Positions 9,136-20,000 are shown, numbered from the stretch's first letter. The stretch is 20,000 bases of DNA from Chiloscyllium plagiosum (GCF_004010195.1 NC_057719.1:55550635-55570634), one strand, 5' to 3'. The notes: a model not told the origin generated them from the letters alone. Made by a program: numbers and translations.

Positions 9136-9741
9136 AAGTTGGGAGGTCATGTTGCTGCTGTACAGAACATTGGTTACTTCACTGTTGGAATATTGCATGC
9201 AATTCTGGTCTCCTTCCTATCAGAAAAATGTTGTGAAACTTGAAAGGGTTCAGAAAAGATTTACAAGGATGTTGCCAGGGTTGGAGGATTTGAGCTATAG
9301 GGAGAGGCTGAACAGGGTGGGGCTGTTTTCCCTGGAGCGTCGTAAGGTTGAGGGGTGACCTTACAGAGGTTTACAAAATTATGAGGGGCATGAATAGGAT
9401 AAATAGACAAAGTCTTTTCCCTGGAGCGGGGGAGTCCAAAACTAGAAGGCATAGGTTTAGGGTGAGAGGGGGAAGATATAAAAGAGACCTGAGGGGCAAC
9501 ATTTTCACGCAGAGGGTGGTACGGGTATGGAACGAGCTGCCAGAGGAAGTGGTGGAGGCTGGTACAATTGCAACATTTAAAAGGCATTTGGATGGGTATA
9601 TGAATAGGAAGGGTTTGGAGGGATATGGGCCGGGTGCTGGCAGGTGGGACTAGATTGGGTTGGGATATCTGTTCGGCATGGACGGGCTGGACCGAAGGAT
9701 CTGTTTTCATGCTGTACATCTCTATGACTCTATGACTCTAT
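9136..9741 (+). mobile_element. Relatively young 5'-truncated CR1 with 8-bp tail repeats
   Basis: LLEYCMQFWSPSY..ERVQKRFTRMLPGL and LRGDL..FTQRVVRVWNELPEEVV, with one frameshift near 9348. Tail is (TCTATGAC)n. Confidence 0.96.
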
Positions 9742-10241
9742 ATTCTACAGTATTTTGCTTTGCAATAGCTTAAGTTTTATTACTGAAACTAAAAGCAGAA
9801 CTTTTAGAAATAAATGCTTACATTTGTTGATCTAAATTTTGAGGATTTGTTTGGCTAGAAAAGAAAATGATGTAAACAGAGATTGCCATTGTCTTTTGAA
9901 AAATAAGAATTGTTTAAACTTGTGCATGGTTATAAAAGTTTATTATTTTGTTTCATTGGGTACTAGTATGACTCTACAAGAGATGCCCAGTGGGAAAGTC
10001 ATCTTTCAGTCACAGACTGAATTGCCTGCAAAATCAGCAGGTAACATTTAGTGTCCAACTCCTCCAAACTAAGCATCTGCACAGTTAAACATTTAGCAAT
10101 TCGTGACTGATAAATTATCCTTGTGGTGGTGAAAATCAATTCTCAAGCCAATGGTTAAGTTAAGCGAGGAGTATCAGATCATTAAAAACCTCCTGAAGAG
10201 TGAAGGTTTTTCGTTTATTCCTACTTAACTACCTTCTAGAG

Positions 10242-11166
10242 CAGACCTGGGCATTTTACTGTCCGCTGGCCATATCCGGCCCTTTGGTCATTCCTGTCCG
10301 GTCTGCATGAGGTCAATCTTAAATTAGAACATAAATGAAAAAGTATTATGCCATGCACGCAATACAACTGTGTTGCTTTTGTTTTGAAAAGGTTGCTTAT
10401 TTTATTTACGTATGGAAGTACATGTGCGTGTATGTGCGTGCGTGTGTGCGTAAACAGCTAAAAGTGATGCTTGCTGGCTAGCCCTCAAAATGTCAACTCA
10501 CGCCAAAAAAAGGAAGGTTCATATGGAATCCCATGTTTTTAACAAGACATGAACTGCTAGATATTTATTTACAGAAATCGGAGGTAAAGCCATGTGCTTG
10601 GTTTGTGGTGCACAGGTCGCTGTGTTCAATGAATATAATTTGAATCGCCACTACGTGACCAAACACGCCAAGAAGTACAACAACTTGTCTGATCAAGAGC
10701 GGGCAAGGAAGTCGGATGCTTTGCTAACTAAGCTGCATAACCAGCAAAGACCTTTTACTCAACTTCACATATCCAGAGATGCAGCTGTCGAGACAAGTTA
10801 TGTCATATCCCACAAAATCGCCAGAAACAGTAAACCGTTTTCTGATGGAGAGTTTATTAAGGAGTGCTTGTTGGACTCTGCAGAACTAATATGCCTGGAG
10901 AAAAAGGAGGCATTTGAGAATGTGCCCAACACACTGTAATTTCTTCTATATTTGACCTACTCCACAATTTCATATCTTTATTGTAACAGAATATCCTTAC
11001 TCTTTTGATTATAAGTTTTGGTGCAAAACTATATAATTTAGTACTTTTTACAACGGGAGAAAATTAATACCGAGCAGAATTATGTTCAACTTATTGTTGG
11101 TTCGGCCCTCCAACACAACTCAGGTTTCTCATGTGGCCCCTTGGAAGAATTAATTGCTCACTCTTG
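10242..11166 (+). mobile_element. Non-autonomous hAT transposon (Buster/SPIN/GTF2IRD2-like), 925 bp, internally deleted
   Basis: Termini CAGACCTGGGCA.../...TGCTCACTCTTG with subterminal GGCCC motifs. 8-bp flanks TTCTAGAG and GTCTAGAC fit an NTCTAGAN target. A transposase N-terminus lies inside. Confidence 0.9.
10490..10939 (+). pseudogene. Truncated hAT transposase N-terminus (NLS + BED-type zinc finger)
   Basis: MSTHAKKRKV..VFNKT*TARYLF..CLVC..EYNLNRHYVTKH..SYVISHKIARNSKPFSDGEFIKECL. There is an in-frame TGA at 10550 and the catalytic domain is absent. Confidence 0.88.
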
Positions 11167-12164
11167 GTCTAGACCAATACAGAACAACTTTGTCACATGT
11201 AAGCTTTTGAAGCATCAAGCTGCAACTTACAACCTTCCCTCCCTATGCCATGCTCTATTGCCAATTGTCACAGTGAAGGGCCACAAACAAACAAGACAGA
11301 AAAAAGATCACCATTTGGCAGGCTCCATCTTCAATAAGAGACACAGGGCTCATGCCCTGCCCACATTTAAATGGCACAGAAGGTTGCCACAGGGATCAGC
11401 AGTGAAAGGGGGCTATGATTGCTTGAGTATAACAAGCAAAGATATACCTTTCCCAGACACAGCTTCCCTGATTTACCTGAAAAAGCTGCTTTTAGCTGGT
11501 GGTTTGCAAACTCTGATTCTCGGGAGGAAACTATGTCTACAAAATCATTGTCAACCAAGACAAGGAACTGAGACATTCAGAATAAATTTAGAATAAGCAG
11601 GTCCTCAATAATCTCAAAAAGAACTCCCTGCATGTTTGGGGAGAGATTGATGAAGCCACTTCAAAGATTATCCTTTATCAGGTCATTGGCAAGAGTTATA
11701 GTGGATGTGTAGGTGGTGTAAATCGTAGGTGAAGTTAAAAATTTAGGGGCAAGATTTAGAATGGTATAGTAATACTCTAATAATAGTTACAGAGCACAAT
11801 CGTAAGGAGCTACATCACAAAGATGTCAGATTCAGACGAGGTTGACACCCAATTTAAGAAGGCACTAGCAAACACCTGCTCTAAAATATTTCTGTTGAGT
11901 ATGTTAATATACAGCAAATATATAATCATATTTAGCAAATTAGTTATTTACTTTAGTCTTGTGTTCAGTCTTCATATGTCTCCAGCTCCGAGAAAATTCT
12001 AAAAATATTCCTACACTGACCAGAATTTAGTTTGGATTTTTCCAGGAACAATGTCATTCCGGAACTCATTACGGCATTGATCTAATGGTAAACAAAAGAG
12101 CTGAATTCCAGAGAGGAGAAAGGGATCTCATCAAAGCAATAACTAATTAGGCTGGTAATCAAAG

Positions 12165-12940
12165 AGCCTTTGAAAACCTGGAATCAATGGGAGTCGGGGG
12201 GAGAATTCTCCACTTGTTGGAGTTATCCTCAGCACAAAGAATGTGGGTTATAGTTAATGGAGACCAATCATCTCAGCCTGAGAACATCACTCCAGGAATT
12301 TTTCAGCTCAACCCAAACATCTTTAAGGACTTCTTCCCACCATCAGAATTCAGAAATGAAGACATTTTCTGATAAGTGCAGTGTTCAATGCTTTATGCAA
12401 TTCCTCAAGTAAGAAAGAAGCTTATGAGGAACAACATCTAGACATGAGCTGATAAGTGGCATGAATCACTTGCACCATGTAAATACCAATACAAAGATTG
12501 CAGAGTCGAACTGTCTCCCTTTTACATTCAGTCATTTACTATTGATGAGTCAGCCATCATGAACATCCTGCATTACCCTTTCTTAGAAATCCAAGTGGAT
12601 TAGTGACATTAATCCTATGGCTGCAAGTGCAAAGTAGAGGTTGGATATAATGTAGTGAGTAATTCACCTTCTAATTCCTCAGAGCTTTTCCATTGTTTAC
12701 AAGGCACAAATTAGGAATGTGAGAGAATACGTTTCACTTATCTTGGTGAATGCAGCTTCAACATACCCAAAGTAAAATCAACAGCCAGCAGGGACAAATA
12801 CAGGTGCCCTGGATATTGCTGTATGCAAGCACTCTTTCCACCAGCAGCACACAGAGCTAGAAGTGTGAACCACCGACAAGCAGAACTGCAGCAATTCTCC
12901 AACCCTCCTTCAATGTCACCTTTCAAACAGAGATGAATCT
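12165..12940 (+). mobile_element. Decayed second-family LINE, RT C-terminal half
   Basis: LESMGVGGRILHLLELS...GDQSSQPENITPGI..PNIF, FSDKC at the FADD position, and TIVYKAQIRNVREY. It overlaps in homology with 7077-7155, so it is a separate copy. Confidence 0.75.
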
Positions 12941-12943
12941 TAT

Positions 12944-14461
12944 GGGGTTTTTTTCACCTCAGTTCCAATTGCGTTCATTTTTTGAAGACGTCATTGACAC
13001 AAGGGCTTAGCCAGTTTACTTGTAGTATCTTACCAAACCCACCTCATTAACAACATACTCAAATCTAATGGCATGCCTCATGACTGATTCTACCCCAATT
13101 TTACCACAAGTTGTTCCCCAACAATTCGCCACTGCCAGAATATCATAATGCTGACCAGCATCCTTGTGTACATTAAAAAGCTAATGTACACTGACAGGTG
13201 CCGTCATTTGCCTCAGACAAGGGTAAATTGATGTTTTGCTTTGTGTTCTCACCCATCAGCAATGGAGCCATGACAGTTAACCATGTCAGCCTTTTCAGAG
13301 GTGGTCACACAGGTCAGAGACCTCTGGACGAATGCCCAGTTCTATAAGAAGTTCAACGTCCTCATCCACTCCACCAGGGTAAGTGCCATCATCTCTCTAT
13401 GGCATCTGACACTTATTGTTTTATTGATACATAACTACCTCCCACCAAGGTTCATGCTCTACCATTCTCATAATTGTCTGCAATACCTTCCCTCACTCTC
13501 TGCCACTAACCCCAAATCCTGACACACCAACATAGCCCCTACACTACCAACACACTCAGCAACAATAACAGTGTGTCACTCACTTTAATCTCTGTTAATA
13601 ATCACCTCATCCTTATTTTAGAGTGGAAACAGCCCTGAGTAGTACAAAAGGAGTCAAGATGTGTGGCGGGCTACCCAACTGGTAATGGAAATGTCTTGAC
13701 TTATCTTGCCAGGATCCCTGACCAAAGACTACTTCCTTTAACTTGACTGAGGGTTACTAACAACAATTACAAGCTTCCTGACTTGTGTATGCACGAAGCA
13801 GCACTGAAAGAGAACAATACTGAGAGTCTGGCTGAAGGGGCAAATGGCAAAAAAGCAAAGCAAGGCTGTTGTGAGCATCCAGGTAGCTCAGAGTGAGCTC
13901 TAAGGTAGCAGGTGAGAGGTCTGAAGATGTAACCTGGTCCAATCAATGAGCTAGGTGTGTGTCAATAGTGATTATGTGTGGAATATTACAGGGATCTGAG
14001 TGATGTGGGCTATGGCGAGATTTATAGCAGAATTGGACAAGTAAGTGTGGCAAGGCCTAGCTCTACATTGGGACAATTTTCATCTTTTTTTTATTTATTG
14101 AGTGGCAAAGTGAGTTTCTGTCTAGGCAGCAGCAAGATGCTGGTCAAGGGGGAATATAGATTATTAAACATCTTATTAATATCACAACTCAGCTCATTAA
14201 TATTCAGCTGCCTATCTTACCAAACAAGCCAAAGAATTCTCTATCAAAGAATGCACCTGTTGACTTCAGCTTGCCACTTGCTCTGAAGGATCTCCATTCT
14301 CTATGCCTCTATGTCGGGCACCTACATCTCAGGATACTCTCTATGGACACTGGTAATACACACCCCACATCCATGGACAGCCAGATTCTAAGGATCCTCA
14401 AGGCCTCATCATAAGTCTTACCATTACCGACATCACTCAGATCCCTGTGAGAATCCAGCCC
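12944..14461 (+). mobile_element. Probable PIF/Harbinger-derived element with Myb/SANT-like remnant
   Basis: Right terminus GAGAATCCAGCCC is followed by TAA, and the degenerate left terminus GGGGTTTTTTTCAC is preceded by TAT. It splits a LINE. Internal peptides are AFSEVVTQV..AQFYKKFNVLIHSTR and ETA...KMCGGLP. Confidence 0.5.
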
Positions 14462-14464
14462 TAA

Positions 14465-14718
14465 TCTCCATTATCCAGAATGGAGAATCACCAGAATGGT
14501 GCAAGTCCCCCTCCAAGTGGAGGAGTACATTGGAAAATATGTCACCATTCCTTCATCATCAATGGGTCACAGTCCTGGACCTAACCCCACTAACAGCATT
14601 GCAGAAGTTCCTTTACCATACAGACTGTTGTCATTCTAAAAGGTGGCTCATCAATACCTTCATAAGGATGGGTAATAAATACAGCGATGTGAGCATATCA
14701 TGAATGAATAAAGAAAAA
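14465..14718 (+). mobile_element. 3' end of the second-family LINE (probable continuation of 12165-12940)
   Basis: TGCAAGTCCCCCTCCAAG..GGGTCACAGTCCTGGA..GGATGGGTAATAAAT..CATGAATGAATAAAGAAAAA. Family assignment is from recall of shark repeats. Confidence 0.6.
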
Positions 14719-15433
14719 TATAGTGCTAAAGCCATACGGTAAATCTAATTGAGATTAATACAGTTCAGTTCACTGTTGCACATTTTGATTATAAAGCCAG
14801 CAATAACAAATAATATTTATGAGTGAATACCCAATTTTAAATCTATACTCAAACTTTTCTTTCAAACCATAAGTATGAAGAGGACTCATGTTTGTCATAT
14901 GGTAATTGCTATGCATCAAGAGTTGAACTGTCATTCTTAAAAGGCAGTGGTCTGCATTTTCTGTCAGTGACTAAGGAACAGTACTCAGCATTCACCTCAT
15001 CAACAGCTGTCCAGACATTTTGAGGGCTTTTTAATGGAGATTTCCTCTTATCTGATATATTTCTTCAGTCCAGTGCTCATTACAAGAGATGAATACAGCA
15101 TGTTAACTATACAAGTAGCTTAAAGAATCCTCACTGAGACAGAGTTCAATCTAGTAAGTATAAAGTGGGTAATATAGATTATTATAATATGATTACAGAA
15201 GGTATTAAAGGATTGGAAAGTACACATTGGAGTAAGGAATAGACATAAATGAGACACAGAGAATAAGTAAAAGAAATGTACTTATCCTTAGTTTTGGTTT
15301 AACTAAAGGCACACCTCCTGCTACCTTCTCCACAATGTGATTTTGAGCTTTCTGTTTCAGTTAGTCATAAGCATTTTCTATTTACAATATTAATGAAAAG
15401 CATGACAATGGAAAGGAATGCATGTCGTGATAT

Positions 15434-15690
15434 CAGAATCCTATAATCATTCCAGTGCAGAAGGAGGCCACAGTACCCACACTGTCTCTTCAGATGAGCG
15501 TCCTAACATAGTACTAATCTCTGTACCTTTTCCCATTACTCAGCATGTTATGTTTATTTAAATAATTAGCTAATACTCTCTTGAATGCCTCAATTAAACC
15601 TGTCTCCACAGCATTCCAGTCCTGAACTACTTGCTGTCTGAAAAAGTTCTTTTCACATCATATTTTATCTTTTGCAAGTACCTTTAGGAA
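15434..15690 (-). mobile_element. Old CR1 3' end fragment
   Basis: Minus-strand NFFRQQVVQDWNA..IEAFKRVLANYL resembles the CR1 C-terminus, followed by a CR1-like 3' UTR. Confidence 0.6.
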
Positions 15691-15841
15691 TCCCAGTATG
15701 TATCTGAAACATCCTAAGAATTTCATATGCTCCAGTGCCATTATATCTTCTAAACATTTTTGCCTACAGAATTTCTCCTCGTTAAACAACTCTCTTATTC
15801 CTGCAAGTCAATCTTGTGAATTTTCAAAGCATTCACTGATA

Positions 15842-16634
15842 AATCATAGAGTTGTACAGCATGAAAAAAGACCCTTTCATCCAACTCATCCATGCTGTCC
15901 CAAATTATTCTGGTCCCACTTGCCAGCATTTAGCCCAAATCGCTCTAAACCCTTCCTATTCATGTATCCATCCAGATTTCTTTTTAATTTTGTAATTGTA
16001 CCAGTTTCCAACACTTCCTCTGACTGGTCATTCCATACACGCACCACCCTTTGCGTGAAAGATTGTTGCCCCTTAGGTTCCTTTTAGATCTTTCTCCTCT
16101 CACCTTAAACCTATGCCCTCTAGTTTCTACCTTGGGAAAAAGACCTTGGCTATTCACCCTATTCATGCCCTTTACGGTATTATAAACCTCTATATGGTCA
16201 CTCCTCAACCTCTGATGTTCCAGGGAAAATAGCCGCAGCCTATTCAGCTTTTCCCTTTTGGTTAAACCCTCCAACCCCAGCGACATATTTGTAAATTTAT
16301 TCTGCACTCTTTAGACCATCTTTCCAAGAACAGAGAGACTAGAATTGAATGCAGTGCTCCAAAGTGGCCTAATCAATGTCCTGTACAGCCACAACATAGC
16401 ATCCCAACTCCCATATTCAATACACTGACCAATAAAGGCAAGTGTATCAAATGGCTTCTTCACTACCTTGTCTACCTGTAACTTCACCTTCAAGGAACTA
16501 TGAAACTGCGCCCTAAGGTCTCTTTGTTCGTCAACTCTCCCCCGGAGAGTTTAGTGTATAGGTCCTGCCCTGATTTGCCTTACCAAATTTCAACAACACA
16601 CATTTATCTAAACCAAACTCCATCTGCCACTCCT
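15842..16634 (-). mobile_element. CR1 3' fragment (same subfamily style as 9136-9741)
   Basis: QVDKVVKK..LAFIGQCIEYGSWDAMLWLYRTLIRP and LRLFSLEHQRLRSD..ETRGHRFKVRGER. Tail AATCATAGAG. Confidence 0.92.
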
Positions 16635-17259
16635 AGGTCAAGTATATCCTTCCTTAATAAGGAGATAACAGCTTTCACCAATGCCCTATGCAATTGTAAT
16701 AAGACTTCCTCAGTCTTATACTCCAATCACTGTTAATAAAGGTTACCATACCATTTGCTGTACCTTCTGAGGGCCCCGTAGTTTAGGTCGGTAATGTATG
16801 ACTCATCATAACATCCACAGCACAGATTCAGTTCTCATTCTGGTTGATGTGACCTGAGTCCTGTCTCTTTGTACAGCCCCTGAGAGTGCAAACCATCACA
16901 GACAAAACTACCAAGAACATAGCTTAGAATGAAGCACAGCATGAATGAATGAACCTGTGTATTAATTTTCAGTGATTCAAGTACAAGGACACCCAAATCC
17001 AACAGATACTAATCTTTAATCTTTCAAAAAGACAAAAAATATTGATTCCTTCTAGTCAAAGTGGATAATTTCACATTGCATCACTTTATATTCTAGCTGC
17101 TACTTCCCTGCCCACTCGCTTATCCACAATACTTTGCTGTCTCTTCATGTTCTCTTCAAAGAGTATTCTCCCAGCAGCTTTGTTACATCCAAAACCTGTG
17201 TTAAATTGCATTCAGTTAGCTCATCTAAATCCTTGATATTAATTGTAAGTAGCCGAGGC
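16635..17259 (-). mobile_element. Older CR1 RT fragment, interrupted at about 16760-16950
   Basis: PRLLTINIKDLDELTECNLTQVLDVTKL (decayed FADDTKL region), DLGVLVLESLK and EVLLQLHRALVK. Confidence 0.7.
16770..16953 (+). mobile_element. Possible decayed tRNA-derived SINE inserted into the older CR1
   Basis: A-box-like TAGTTTAGGTCGG, degenerate B-box AGATTCAGTTC and an (ATGA)3 tail. It interrupts CR1 homology. Confidence 0.35.
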
Positions 17260-18015
17260 CAGTGTTCCCTGTAAACTGTGTGGGTGTGTTGGCTGTGCAG
17301 CAATCCACGACAGACTGCAGAGTGAAGTAAACAAGCAACACACAGCAACAGCCCTTAACATGTGCACAATTGCCACCATTCAGCAATCTAAAAGGAACCA
17401 TGCAGTGTAAAACAAATTATGGACTAGGAAAAGAAGTCAGAATTGGCTAAAACTCAAGCACTGATCCTTTCACCAGTCCGCTAATGACAACCTGTCAACC
17501 TGAAAATGGCCCATTTATTTGAGACATTCAACTTCATATCAGAATTGTAATCTTTACGATTTGCCTTTGCACAAGCCAAAAGATAAAGTAGTAATAGCGA
17601 CAGCAAGCTTAAACTAACAGAAGTGTAAGTCTAGAACTATTCGCTTTTTTATCTCTCACCATAAGAAGGGTCTTCATTTAAGACAGTGAGAAACCAATAC
17701 TACTACAGATGCAACAGGGCAAACATCTAACCAGTGAAATGAGCTTGAAAGGTGAAGGGCACCCCTCTTGTCTAAGCATTTAGAACAGACTTTTTCTTAA
17801 AGGTGCTGTATAAATGCAGGTTTCTGTTGCTGTTATATTGTTATCATGTATTAGGTGGCATGAAAGATGACTGCTAATGTTAGCTGTCAAGTTTTATTGC
17901 TGCTGATCTTCAAAAGTGTAGAATGTAATGTCCTTGAAATTATGGCTGGGGATATTTATATACATTCCTAGCTAATATAAATGCCTGAAATTAAAGACAT
18001 GATGCCACCCATCTT

Positions 18016-18336
18016 GGGCGGCATGGTGGCTCACAGTGCCAGGGAATCAGGTTCAATTCCAGCCTCGAGTGACTGATTGTGTGGAGTTTGCACATCCTCC
18101 CAGTGTCTGCGTGGGTTTCCTCCGGGTGCTCCAGTTTCCTCCCACAATCCAAAGATGTGCAGATTAGGTGAGTTGGCCATGCTAAATTGCCCGTAGTGTT
18201 CAGGGATGTGTAGGTTAGGTGGATTAGTCAGGGATAAATGTAGGGGAATGGGTCTGGCTGGGTTACTCTTTGGAGGGTCGGTGTGGATTTGTTGGGTCGA
18301 AGGGCCTGTTTTCATACTGTAGGGTTTCTAATTCTA
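18016..18336 (+). mobile_element. HE1-type V-SINE
   Basis: tRNA head with B box GGTTCAATTCC (18050-18060). V-domain GTGTGGAGTTTGCAC..GTCTGCGTGGGTTTCCTCCGGGTGCTCC..TTTCCTCCCACA. CR1-like tail GAAGGGCCTGTTTTCATACTGTA. Confidence 0.93.
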
Positions 18337-18791
18337 ACATATTTATTCTGAATGGTTTGTTGCAACTTAGATTTTTGCACAAAACTTTACGCTTATATTT
18401 ACAGCAAATGAAATGGTCCCAATTAACAGAAAAGTTATATAAGTTGAATGGGAAAGCACATGACAGAAAGAAATATTAATCTTTCCACCATGTGATGGAG
18501 ATAATATGGGCTGACCTCACTCTCACTCCACACACAATACATTGCAGACTGTCAATTCAGTCTAACAGTGGAAATGTAATTTATTTACAGATAAGATAAA
18601 TACAACAGAAGCAGAAGAATGCAATGAGAGGAGACATTAGGGTAGATTTAACTTCTGGTTTACAGATTGGCAGAGTACACAGGGCTGACTGAAAGAGATA
18701 GGGCTGTTTTGAGATTGAAGAATAGAGAAAGACACATGGGAATGACGGTCAAGGGAACTGCACTAGCTCTCTCTCATGCTGTTTGAGGTGT

Positions 18792-19245
18792 GGAGGCAAT
18801 CGTATAGTGGTTATACATTGTGCTATCAACCCAAAAGCCCAACCTAATACCCTTGGGACAGGGGTTCAAATCCCACCATTTAATTTAAATTCAGTTGATA
18901 AAAGTTTGGAAACCATTTGAAACAGTGAAGATGAAACAATAACAAAACATCTAGTTTGGTAGAGAAGGAAATTTGTCATCCTGGTCTGGCCCACATGTGA
19001 CTTCAAACTCACAGCAATATGGTTGACTCTTGACTGAAATGGCAACCAAGCCAGTCAGTTATATCTAATGGGATCTAAAACGTCTAAAAGGAATGAAACC
19101 AGAGTGACTAACTTACATCAACGTACCTCCATAAATAGGATTGGCACACTCAGCTCTCTAAAGTCCTTGGTGCAAACATTTGGGAACTTACGCCAAAGTT
19201 TGCACAGAGCTGTCAAGCACCAACCTGACCTACTTCTGGAATCTT
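18792..19245 (+). mobile_element. tRNA-like Pol III head + core, continuing into an APE endonuclease N-terminal remnant (LINE 5' end)
   Basis: A-box-like CGTATAGTGG (18801-18810) and B box GGTTCAAATCC (18863-18873). Downstream, ANIWELTPK (19173) and HRAVKHQPDLLLES resemble APE motifs I and II. Confidence 0.6.
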
Positions 19246-19726
19246 CTGGGTCTACTTATCTCAAGTAGAAAGGTAGGACGGAATCTTTATGACACAGGGG
19301 CAAAAACTCAGCTTCCCAGCGGTGAGCTGAAGTTCTGCTACAAAGTTAGAAGTAAGTTTTAGATAGATCAACCTTCCTGATGGCGAATGCTGGAAAGACA
19401 AGCTTTACTGTTTAAAGAAGGCAGCCTGTCGCAGTCAGCCTGCCAAGGGAGGTAGCGAGACTGACTCACAGCAGAAATGCATTCTGGGGCAGGCAAGAGG
19501 AGTTCAGTGTAAATTGTAATGCTTCAGGGCAACCTTTGATAGTTTCAGGCAGAAATAAAATTGAAGAGCATGGCCATTACTCCCAGTAGAAGGTTACTAG
19601 GGCATCGGCGAAACCAAGGGGCAAATTTCAGTATCGGTGCAAGAGGGAGGAGAAACAGCAAAAGCTCCACATTACCACAAGGGAAATGAATGGTTGAATG
19701 AGGTAAGTTTGTGAATGGTGAAGGAG

Positions 19727-20000
19727 TGGCGAGTTGAAAATGTATTGCTGGAAAAGTGCAGCAGGTCGGGCAGCATCCAAGGAGCAGGAGAAGCATGTGC
19801 CCTTCTTCAGGAATGAGGAAAGTGTGCTAAGCAGACTAAGATAAAGGGTAGGGAGGAGGCACTTGGGGGAGGGGCGTTGGAAATGCGATAGGTGGAAGGA
19901 GGTTAAGGTGAGTGTGATAGACCGGAGTGGGGGTGGGGGCGGAGAGGTCAGGAAGAAGATTGCAGGTTAGGAAGGCGATGCTGAGTTCGAGGGATTTGAC
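19727..20000 (-). mobile_element. PLE pseudo-LTR/3' UTR of the second family, runs off window
   Basis: Homologous to 6585-6682. Minus strand keeps the hammerhead CUGAAGA box (19804-19810), followed by a long purine/G-rich tract on the plus strand. Confidence 0.7.

Noticed and set aside
9261..9719. 152-aa ORF and similar ORFs (867-1169, 1871-2296, 3388-3756, 4114-4455, 6067-6471, 15698-16087)
   Set aside because: Antisense shadows of CR1, PLE or other LINE coding sequence.
10193..10215. CTGAAGA as another hammerhead core
   Set aside because: No stem II followed by GAAA, and no PLE context.
11141..11596. 151-aa ORF, the longest one mostly outside repeats
   Set aside because: Begins at a TTG inside the hAT terminus and has no recognisable domain or convincing splice context; likely chance.
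17260..17402. Possible hAT MITE (CAGTGTTCCCTGTAAA ... TCTAAAAGGAACCATG)
   Set aside because: Termini match only 11/16 and there is no 8-bp TSD; plausible but unsupported.
18792..18880. Genuine tRNA gene (also considered at 18016-18065)
   Set aside because: No cloverleaf or T-run terminator, and it continues into retroposon body sequence.
19549..19701. Possible plus-strand exon ending in GAG|GTAAGT
   Set aside because: Weak polypyrimidine tract, stops in all frames and no recognisable product.

Overview
Eukaryotic, AT-rich, repeat-dominated DNA with no host exon I can support. An HE1-type V-SINE and the CR1 styles point to an elasmobranch (shark/ray) genome; a carpet or bamboo shark is a guess. 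Nearly all ORFs in the track are transposon fragments or their antisense shadows. The window holds CR1 LINE fragments of several ages and Penelope-like element (PLE) pieces: a GIY-YIG end with an apparently intact minimal hammerhead ribozyme, an RT piece with an inverted duplication and a foreign 151-bp insert, and two decayed pseudo-LTRs of a second family. It also holds a CpG-rich 809-bp LTR with a tRNA-Trp primer-binding site and leader that runs into a 52-N gap. Other elements are a hAT (Buster/SPIN-like) deletion derivative, a probable Harbinger-derived element with a Myb/SANT remnant, and a second APE-type LINE family whose 5' end appears to be a tRNA-like Pol III head. The best leads are the LTR/PBS(Trp) element, the hammerhead and the rearranged PLE. 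I see no clearly new biological system, and family names come from motif recognition, not database searches.
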